Source: an uncultured Actinomycetota bacterium (GTDB lineage Bacteria > Actinomycetota > Actinomycetes > Propionibacteriales > Nocardioidaceae). Taken from it: a stretch of DNA of 64,000 nt. Position 1 is the first letter of the stretch; each line of letters opens with the position of its first letter. Position numbers and translations under genes: made by a program. The notes under the pieces are model-generated. The model saw nothing but the letters and a program-made list of their open reading frames with translations, was not told the DNA's origin and made no database searches. The stretch spans positions 42,752-106,751 of the forward strand of contig CAWKIP010000013.1 of NCBI GenBank assembly GCA_963849765.1, read 5' to 3'. This document shows positions 57,260 to 64,000 of the stretch, piece after piece.

Positions 57260-58309
57260 CAGTGCCTCCAGTCGGGAGCAACGGCGTCGAGAGCGCGGTC
57301 CACGTCGGACTGCGTCGAGTAGACGTGGAACGACACCCGCATCCGACCTCCGCGGACGGATGCGCGGAGGTCGGCGGCCGCGAATCGTTCTTCGGCGCCC
57401 GGGACGTCGGCCGACACGATCGCGGAGTTTCCGGGATCCATTCCCAGTCCGGCGCGAAAGGCGTTGGCCAGGCCGACGTCGTGCCGGTGGATGGCGTCGA
57501 CGCCGATGGCCTCGACCAGCTCCAGCGTCGGTGCCGCGGCGACGTGCGTGAACCAGGTCGGCGCCTGGTCGAACCGTCGAGCCTCCTCGAACAACCGGGC
57601 GTCGAGGCCGTAGTAGCGGTCGTCGACCGCCGCGGTCCAGCCGGACTGGGCCGGGTGCACGAGCTCCTGCAGCTGCGGTGACAGGTAGCCGAAGGTGGCA
57701 CCCCGTGGCGTCATCAGCCACTTGTAGGTGTCGGCCACGCAGGCGTCGGCCAGGCGAGCGTCGACCGGCAACCAGCCCACGGCCTGCGTGGCGTCGATGA
57801 CCACGAGTGCGCCCGCCGCCCGAGCCGCCGCGCTGACCGCGGCGAGGTCGGAGACCTGCCCGGTCGCGGACTGGACGAGTCCGATGGCGACGACGTCGAC
57901 GCTGTCGTCGATCCGCTCGACCACCTGGTCGACGGGTGCCGCGACGACCTTCACGCCGCGGTGGGCCTGCGCTGTCCAGGGGAAGACGTTCGACGCGAAC
58001 TCGATGTCGGTCACGAGAACCGTCGAACCGTCCGGGATCGCCGCCGCGATCAGTGCCAGCGCCGCGGAGACGGTGCTGCCCGAGAAGACGTCGTCAGCTC
58101 CGACGCCGACCAGCCGGGCGAAGGAGGCACGCGCGCGGTCGGCCGACTTCTGCCACTCCTCCCAGGCTCCTCGGCCCGATCGCCATTGCGCCAACGCATC
58201 CTGGAGCGCGTCCCACGCGACCCGCGGCGGCAACCCGTAGGAGGCCGTGTTGAGCCAGCCCGGGTCGGCGTCCCACTGGCGCCTGCGCCTCGGCGATGGC
58301 CAGGGTCAT
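57259..58309 (-). CDS. Class V PLP-dependent enzyme (N-terminal frameshift)
   Basis: WLNTASYG, DATQAVG, YKWL, RVSFHVYS. Confidence 0.88.
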
Positions 58310-58743
58310 CGAGACTCCGCCTTCCGCAACACCGACTGCAGCTGCTTGCCCAGCACCCGCGCTCCGACGACGGGGATCAGTGCGCCGACGATCTTGCCGC
58401 GGACGGATTTCGCGACGCGGGTCAGCGTGACGTGCACGTCCGTGCCCCCGTCCGCCGCCGTGAGCTCGTAGCGCCAGCCGCTGCTCGGTCCCCACAGGTT
58501 CGAGTCCAAGGTGTCGATCGTGACGGTGCCGGCCGCGGCGTCCCACTCATAGCGCTCCCGCTCCCAGCCGGCCCCGGTGCCCTCGGTCACCTCGGCCCAG
58601 TCCGGGCCCACCTCGTGCACCTGGAAGTGGGCATCGTTGATGTTCGGCCAGTTCTTGGCCCGATCCGGGCCGAAGTCGGTCAACAGGCCCAGCACCTCGC
58701 TCGGGGCCAGGCTCGTGTGCACCGTGAACTGCGTTGTGGGCAT
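58306..58743 (-). CDS. SRPBCC/polyketide cyclase-like protein
   Basis: LTDFGPDR..WP, AEVTEG, WERERYEW. Confidence 0.75.
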   Translation of the reverse strand: MPTTQFTVHTSLAPSEVLGLLTDFGPDRAKNWPNINDAHFQVHEVGPDWAEVTEGTGAGWERERYEWDAAAGTVTIDTLDSNLWGPSSGWRYELTAADGGTDVHVTLTRVAKSVRGKIVGALIPVVGARVLGKQLQSVLRKAESR

Positions 58744-58876
58744 CGTGGTCTTCCTTCGCTCGGCGGCGGGAGACCCGCCGTACCCGTCCATCATCCGCGC
58801 ATCCTGTTGCTAGGAGGCCTGTCACCTCGAACCTTGGCAGGGGATCGTGCCTCCGTGGTCGGATTTGGGTCGCGCC

Positions 58877-58898
58877 TGTCGGTGGGGAGCGGGAGGAT
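58877..58898 (+). promoter_or_regulatory. Possible PafBC-type promoter of the DinB-DUF3046-MFS genes
   Basis: TGTCGG-N10-GAGGAT (core extends TGTCGGTGG), 7 nt before GTG 58906. Confidence 0.5.
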
Positions 58899-58905
58899 GT
58901 CTTCC

Positions 58906-59457
58906 GTGACTTCACCCGCTGAGATCGAGCCCGACACCAAGGACTGGACCTGGGTCCTCGAGCGCGCCTGCGCGGAGTGCGGCTTCGACGCCGGCGCGAT
59001 CGACCGCGTCGACCTCGGTGCGATGCTCCGCGACAACGCAGCAGGATGGCAGCGGGTGCTGGCCGCGCCGGAGGCGACGCAGCGGCCGGGTCCGGCGGTG
59101 TGGTCGCCGACGGAGTACGCCGCCCACGTCCGCGACGTGCACCGGATGTTCGCCGGGCGGGTGCGCCTGATGCTGAGCGAGGACGACCCGACGTTCGCCA
59201 ACTGGGACCAGGACGAGACCGCGCTCGCCGAGCGCTACGACCTGCAGGACCCCGCCCAGGTGGCGCCGGACCTGCTGGCGGCGGCCGAGGAGGTCGCGGC
59301 GGCGTACGACGCGGTGGCCGGGGAGGACTGGGAGCGTCGCGGCACCCGCAGCAACGGCAGCGTCTTCACGGTCGACTCGCTCGGGCGCTACCACCTGCAC
59401 GACGTCGTGCACCACCTGTGGGACGTGCGCTGGGTCGAGGGTGGGCTGATGGAGTGA
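58906..59457 (+). CDS. DinB-family protein
   Basis: PDTKDWTWVL..CAECG, WSPTEYAAHVRD, HDVVHHLWD. Confidence 0.85.
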   Translation: MTSPAEIEPDTKDWTWVLERACAECGFDAGAIDRVDLGAMLRDNAAGWQRVLAAPEATQRPGPAVWSPTEYAAHVRDVHRMFAGRVRLMLSEDDPTFANWDQDETALAERYDLQDPAQVAPDLLAAAEEVAAAYDAVAGEDWERRGTRSNGSVFTVDSLGRYHLHDVVHHLWDVRWVEGGLME

Positions 59458-59648
59458 GGCACACCGAGTTCTGGGCACGGCTCGACCACCACCTCGGGCC
59501 GGCCTACTCGCGCACCTGGGCCGATCAGCAGGTGATCGGTGAGCTCGGCCACCGGACGGCCGCCGAGGCGCTCCGGGCGGGGGTCCCGCCGAAGGAGGTC
59601 TGGGCCGCGGTCTGGGAGGACCTCGAGCTGCCGATGAGCGAACGATGA
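59454..59648 (+). CDS. DUF3046 protein
   Basis: MRHTEFW, LG.RTA.EAL, PKEVWAAVW; commonly upstream of recA. Confidence 0.85.
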   Translation: MRHTEFWARLDHHLGPAYSRTWADQQVIGELGHRTAAEALRAGVPPKEVWAAVWEDLELPMSER

Positions 59649-60928
59649 CCGCAGCCACTCCAGCACCCGTCGAGCAGCAGGTCGAGGTCGCGGTCATCCA
59701 GCGCCGGACGGTCCGGGTCCTCGTGCTGACCCAGGCGGTCGGCGCGCTCGGGATCACGATCGGCATCGCCACCGCCTCGCTGCTCGCGAAGGACATCTCG
59801 GGCTCCGAGGCGCTCTCCGGCCTCGTCCAGACCGCTCAGGTGCTCGGCGCGGCGATCATCTCCTTCCTGCTCGCGGCCGTGATGTCGCGCCGCGGCCGCA
59901 GGATCGGGCTGACCACCGGCTATCTCCTCGGCGCGGCAGGGGGCGGGCTCGCCGTACTCGCCGGTGTCGTGGGCTCGATGCTGCTGCTGCTCGTCGGCGC
60001 CGTGCTGCTGGGCGCAGGGACGTCGGCCAACAGCGCGGCCAGGTTCGCCGCCACCGACCTCGCCGACGACTCCAACCGGGCGCGGTCCCTGTCGGTGGTC
60101 GTCTGGGCGACCACCATCGGCGCCGTGCTCGGGCCCAACCTGACCGGGCCGGCCGGTGCCTTCGCCGACGCGGTCAACATCCCGGAGCTGACCGGGCCGT
60201 TCGCGATCGGCGCTTTCGGCATGCTGGCCGCTGCCCTCGTCGCGTTCGTGTTGTTGCGCCCGGACCCGCTCTTCGTCGCGCGCGAGCGGGCCGGCCAGGT
60301 CAGCGTCGGCCACGTGGCTGTGGGCTCCTCGGCGTCGCGGGCGTGGCGCGCGGTGCGCGAGCGGCCGGTGATCGGGTTCGCGATCGCCGGCCTGTCCCTC
60401 GCCCACGCCACGATGATCAGCGTGATGGTGATGACGCCGCTCCACATGCAGCACGGCGGCGCCGAGCTCGACGTGATCGGCCTGGTGATCAGCGTCCACG
60501 TCCTCGGGATGTTCGCGTTCTCACCGCTGGTCGGCATGCTCGCCGACCGGGTCGGGCGGCCGCTGGTGCTCGGCTGCGGGGGACTGGTGCTGGTCGTGGC
60601 GCTGCTGCTGTGCGCCTCCTCGCCCGAGGGGATGTCGTGGCAGGTCACCGTCGGCCTGTTCCTGCTGGGCCTCGGCTGGTCGCTCGCGATGGTGTCGGCG
60701 TCGACCATGGTCGCCGAGCACGCACCGCTGGACGCCCGCACCGACGTCCAGGGCAGCTCCGACCTCGTCATGGGCGTCACCGCGGCATCGGCGGGCGGGC
60801 TGGCCGGTCTGGTCGTCGACATCGCCGGCTACCCGGTGCTCGCGCTGGTCACCCTGGCCCTCGCGTTCGGGGTCGCCGGCTGTGCCGCGCGCGCCCAGAC
60901 CGCTTCGACGGCTTCGGTGGTCGAGTAG
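59645..60928 (+). CDS. MFS transporter
   Basis: About 12 TM segments; RRGRR and LADRVGR loop motifs. Confidence 0.9.
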   Translation: MTAATPAPVEQQVEVAVIQRRTVRVLVLTQAVGALGITIGIATASLLAKDISGSEALSGLVQTAQVLGAAIISFLLAAVMSRRGRRIGLTTGYLLGAAGGGLAVLAGVVGSMLLLLVGAVLLGAGTSANSAARFAATDLADDSNRARSLSVVVWATTIGAVLGPNLTGPAGAFADAVNIPELTGPFAIGAFGMLAAALVAFVLLRPDPLFVARERAGQVSVGHVAVGSSASRAWRAVRERPVIGFAIAGLSLAHATMISVMVMTPLHMQHGGAELDVIGLVISVHVLGMFAFSPLVGMLADRVGRPLVLGCGGLVLVVALLLCASSPEGMSWQVTVGLFLLGLGWSLAMVSASTMVAEHAPLDARTDVQGSSDLVMGVTAASAGGLAGLVVDIAGYPVLALVTLALAFGVAGCAARAQTASTASVVE

Positions 60929-60960
60929 CCCGAGCCGCCAGGCGAGGGCGTATCGAGACC
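60915..60960 (+). repeat. REP-like element overlapping the MFS stop codon
   Basis: CGGTGGTCGAGTAGCCCGAGCCGCCAGGCGAGGGCGTATCGAGACC, related to 62367-62405 and 17651-17690. Confidence 0.6.
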
Positions 60961-60988
60961 CGACACGCCGTACGCCAATCCCGGCACT

Positions 60989-61010
60989 TCGAACAGGTGT
61001 TCGGTAGCGT
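60989..61010 (+). promoter_or_regulatory. LexA SOS box plus -10 element of recA
   Basis: TCGAAC-AGGT-GTTCGG (1 mismatch to TCGAAC-N4-GTTCGA) followed by TAGCGT. Confidence 0.85.
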
Positions 61011-61102
61011 CCGGATCACGACGTTGGTGCTGGCCGCCAACCGTCCACAGGTACGACGTGAATTCGGGCTTCTCCACAATCCCGACATTGCTGATCAGGC
61101 TG

Positions 61103-61124
61103 TGTCGGACCCTCGCCCTAGCGT
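61103..61124 (+). promoter_or_regulatory. PafBC (RecA-NDp) promoter of recA
   Basis: Exact TGTCGG-N10-TAGCGT. Confidence 0.85.
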
Positions 61125-61168
61125 CGCCGATGTACCTGGCTCGACCACCAGACGAAGGACGTGAGGAC

Positions 61169-62225
61169 ATGGCGGATGACCGCCTCAAGGCGCTCGACGC
61201 AGCGCTGCTCAACATCGAGAAGCAGTACGGCAAGGGCTCGGTCATGCGCCTCGGCGACGACACGCGTGCCCCGCTCGAAGTGATTCCGACCGGCTCGATC
61301 GCGCTCGACGTGGCGCTCGGTGTCGGCGGTCTCCCGCGCGGCCGTGTCGTGGAGATCTACGGTCCGGAGAGCAGCGGCAAGACGACCGTCGCCCTGCACG
61401 CGGTGGCGAGCGCCCAGGCTGCCGGCGGCATCGTGGCGTTCATCGACGCCGAGCACGCCCTCGACCCCGACTACGCCAAGGCGCTCGGTGTCGACACCGA
61501 CGCGCTGCTGGTCTCCCAGCCCGACTCCGGTGAGCAGGCGCTCGAGATCGCCGACATGCTGATCCGCTCCGGCGCGCTGGCCCTGATCGTCATCGACTCC
61601 GTGGCCGCGCTCGTGCCCCGGGCCGAGATCGAGGGCGAGATGGGCGACAGCCACGTCGGCCTCCAGGCCCGGCTGATGAGCCAGGCGCTGCGCAAGATGA
61701 CCGGTGCCCTCAACAACTCCGGCACCACGATGATCTTCATCAACCAGCTGCGCGAGAAGATCGGCGTGATGTTCGGCTCGCCCGAGACCACGACCGGTGG
61801 CCGGGCGCTGAAGTTCTACTCCTCGGTGCGTCTCGACGTGCGTCGGATCGAGACCCTCAAGGACGGCACCGACATGGTCGGCAACCGGACCCGGATCAAG
61901 GTCGTCAAGAACAAGGTGGCCCCGCCGTTCAAGCAGGCCGAGTTCGACATCATGTACGGCAAGGGCATCAGCCGCGAGGGCAGCCTGATCGACGTCGGCG
62001 TCGAGGCGGGCCTGGTCCGCAAGGCCGGCGCTTGGTACACCTACGAGGGCGACCAGCTCGGCCAGGGCAAGGAGAACGCCCGCCAGTTCCTGTTCGACAA
62101 CCCCGACCTCGCCAACGAGCTCGAGAAGAAGATCCTCGAGAAGCTCGGCGTCGGCCCCCAGGTCGACAACGACGCGCGATGTCAGCGACCTCACTGACGA
62201 GCCCATCGGCGTCGATAGCTTCTGA
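61169..62225 (+). CDS. recA: Recombinase RecA (frameshift in the C-terminal tail; no intein)
   Basis: [35 protein letters not shown]. Confidence 0.98.
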
Positions 62226-62363
62226 CAGTTGGCTGGCGAGCGTCGTCGCACCATGCGCTGCGAGCGCCGCCCGGACCATCGCTTCGCTCGGTCCAGGGCC
62301 GCCGCACGATGCGGGCTTCGCCCGCGGTGCGCCACGCTGCCGCGCTCGCAGCTCGACTACCGG

Positions 62364-62963
62364 ATGCCGCTGGTTGAGGTGCGAGCGAAGCGAGCCTCGA
62401 AACCAAGGCGCCGAGCAGGGACCACCTCGGACCCGAGCCGTTCGAGACGGACGAAGAGCGAGCTCTCGGACCCACCCGACCATGAGGCGGTCGCGCGCAA
62501 GATCCTGCTCGACCAGCTGACCGGCCAGGCCCGGAGCCGCCACGAGCTCGCCGACCGGCTGGCCCGCCGCAACGTCCCCGACGACGTGGCGGGCCAGCTG
62601 CTCGACCGGTTCGAGGAGGTCGGCCTGGTCGACGACGAGGCCTTCGCGCGGTCCTGGGTCGACAGCCGGCAGCGGACCCGTGGCCTGGCCCGGCGTGCGT
62701 TGGCGCAGGAGCTGCGGCGGAAGGGCATTGCCGACGAGACCGCCCGCGAGGTGCTGGCCGAGGTCGACCCGGCCGACGAGGAGCAGGCCGCGCGCGAGCT
62801 GGTCCGCAAGAAGCTGCGTGGCCTCCGGGGCGTCGACGACACCGCCGCAGCGCGTCGGCTCGCCGGGATGCTCGCCCGCAAGGGCTACTCGGCCGGCCTC
62901 GCTTTCGCGGTGGTGAAGGACGAGCTCGCGACGGCAGGCCGCGAGATCTCCGCCGAGGAGTAG
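62364..62963 (+). CDS. recX: Regulatory protein RecX (start uncertain)
   Basis: RSRHEL, GLVDDEAFA, ELRRKGI, LARKGY; downstream of recA. Confidence 0.9.
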   Translation: MPLVEVRAKRASKPRRRAGTTSDPSRSRRTKSELSDPPDHEAVARKILLDQLTGQARSRHELADRLARRNVPDDVAGQLLDRFEEVGLVDDEAFARSWVDSRQRTRGLARRALAQELRRKGIADETAREVLAEVDPADEEQAARELVRKKLRGLRGVDDTAAARRLAGMLARKGYSAGLAFAVVKDELATAGREISAEE

Positions 62964-63009
62964 TCGCAGGCGGTGTTGTCCGCGAGGACCGCACGGCACA
63001 ATGGCGCGG

Positions 63010-63516
63010 GTGACGAGCGACGAGGCCCCGGTCCGCGAGATCCTCACCTACGAGCTGTTCGGCACCGCCGTGCGCGAGCTCGCCCAGCAGGTCGTCGACG
63101 ACGGCTACGAGCCCGACATCGTGCTGGCGATCGCCCGCGGTGGCCTCGGACTCGCGATGGGCATGGGCTACGCCCTCGACGTGAAGAACCTCAGCGCGGT
63201 GAACATCGAGTTCTACACCGGTGTCGACGAGCGCCTCGACGTACCGATCATGCTGCCGCCCACGCCGGCCGCGATCGACCTGACCGGCATGAAGGTGCTG
63301 ATCGCCGACGACGTCGCCGACACCGGCAAGACACTCGAGGTGGTGCGGGACTTCGTCGCCGACCACGTCGCCGAGGCGCGCACTGCCGTGATCTACGAGA
63401 AGCCGTGGACCGTGATCAACGCCGAGTACGTCTGGCGCCGGACCGAACGCTGGATCGACTTCCCCTGGTCGTCGACCCCGCCGCTCGTCGACCGTCGCGG
63501 TGGCCTCGCGCACTGA
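63010..63516 (+). CDS. Type I phosphoribosyltransferase
   Basis: IARGG, VLIADDVADTGKT, WIDFPW. Confidence 0.9.
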   Translation: MTSDEAPVREILTYELFGTAVRELAQQVVDDGYEPDIVLAIARGGLGLAMGMGYALDVKNLSAVNIEFYTGVDERLDVPIMLPPTPAAIDLTGMKVLIADDVADTGKTLEVVRDFVADHVAEARTAVIYEKPWTVINAEYVWRRTERWIDFPWSSTPPLVDRRGGLAH

Positions 63517-63519
63517 CCG

Positions 63520-64000
63520 ATGACGGCGACCGATCCACGCGGGGACGTGGTCGTCGGGCTGCGCCCGATGACCCGCGCCGACCTCCCGGACCTGCTGCGC
63601 TGGCGGCGCGAGCCCCATGTCGCGCGCTGGTTCGCCGAGAGCGGTCCGGTGACGCTGGAGATGATCGAGGAGCGGTACGGACGGCGCATCGACGGTGACG
63701 ACCCGACCCGGATGTTCATCGTCACGGCGGGTGGCGGGCCGGTCGGGTTCCTGCAGGACTACCGGATCAGCGACCACCCCGAGTTCGCCGTACTGGCTCC
63801 CGACCCGGACGCGATCGGCGTGGACTACTCGATCGGCGATCCGACGTGGGTCGGGCGCGGAGTGGGGCTCGGGATGCTGCACCGCTGGTTCGACGTCGCC
63901 CACGCGGGCTACCCCGACGCGGCGACGTACTTCGCCGCGCCGGACCACCGCAACATCGCTTCGCGCCGGCTGCTCCTCAAGGCCGGCTTCGTCGAGGGCA
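63520..64000 (+). CDS. GNAT acetyltransferase (AAC(6')/Acetyltransf_8-like), runs off the window
   Basis: LRPMT.ADL..L.RW...PHVARW, GFLQ.Y, GVDYSIG...GRGVG, N.AS.R.L.KAGF. Confidence 0.82.
   Translation, partial: MTATDPRGDVVVGLRPMTRADLPDLLRWRREPHVARWFAESGPVTLEMIEERYGRRIDGDDPTRMFIVTAGGGPVGFLQDYRISDHPEFAVLAPDPDAIGVDYSIGDPTWVGRGVGLGMLHRWFDVAHAGYPDAATYFAAPDHRNIASRRLLLKAGFVEG

Noticed and set aside
61041-61078. DnaA-box-like 9-mers upstream of recA (CCGTCCACA, TTCTCCACA)
   Set aside because: One to two mismatches and only two copies; not distinguishable from chance by eye.
2887-62225. Widespread frameshifts read as pseudogenisation or programmed frameshifting
   Set aside because: They hit conserved genes (ftsK, rimO, recA, lhr, hut) without in-frame decay or slippery-site patterns, and cluster in patches; best explained by long-read indel errors.
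61169-62225. Intein in RecA
   Set aside because: Normal length with continuous motifs.
840-63948. Long antisense or alternative-frame ORFs (e.g. 840-3395, 20784-23810, 45636-48539, 62191-63948)
   Set aside because: Shadows of real genes in high-GC DNA; no recognisable motifs.
63520-64000. Bona fide aminoglycoside resistance gene
   Set aside because: Only family-level GNAT similarity, and the gene is truncated by the window edge.

Overview
High-GC actinobacterial chromosome, with gene content and order typical of Nocardioides/Nocardioidaceae (inference). It spans the conserved dapA-rnj-ftsK-rodZ-like-rimO-pgsA-cinA-clgR ... lhr/nei ... DUF3046-recA-recX neighbourhood. Accessory blocks sit between these core genes: a ~7 kb secreted ExeM nuclease with two tandem 5'-nucleotidase modules, two ArsR-SRPBCC-TIGR03086 cassettes, a MocR/permease unit, an NrtR-controlled pncB-pncA operon, an orphan N6-methyltransferase facing a stand-alone TOPRIM gene, a NodIJ-like ABC exporter, a ligase-less LigD, the hut operon, an M64 peptidase and a coupled PLP-enzyme/nitrilase/kinase-phospholyase operon. 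Many genes, including conserved ones (ftsK, recA, rimO), carry single-base frameshifts. This points to an error-prone long-read assembly, so most breaks are treated as sequence errors and many boundaries are approximate. No rRNA, tRNA, CRISPR array, transposase or integrase was seen. No clearly novel system can be established from sequence alone. The best leads are PafBC-type DNA-damage promoters on unexpected genes (TfoX_N, DinB), the G/T-biased tandem nucleotidase duplication, the four-gene catabolic operon, a coupling-preserving 92-bp insert between hutF and hutI, and a candidate C-loop sRNA.
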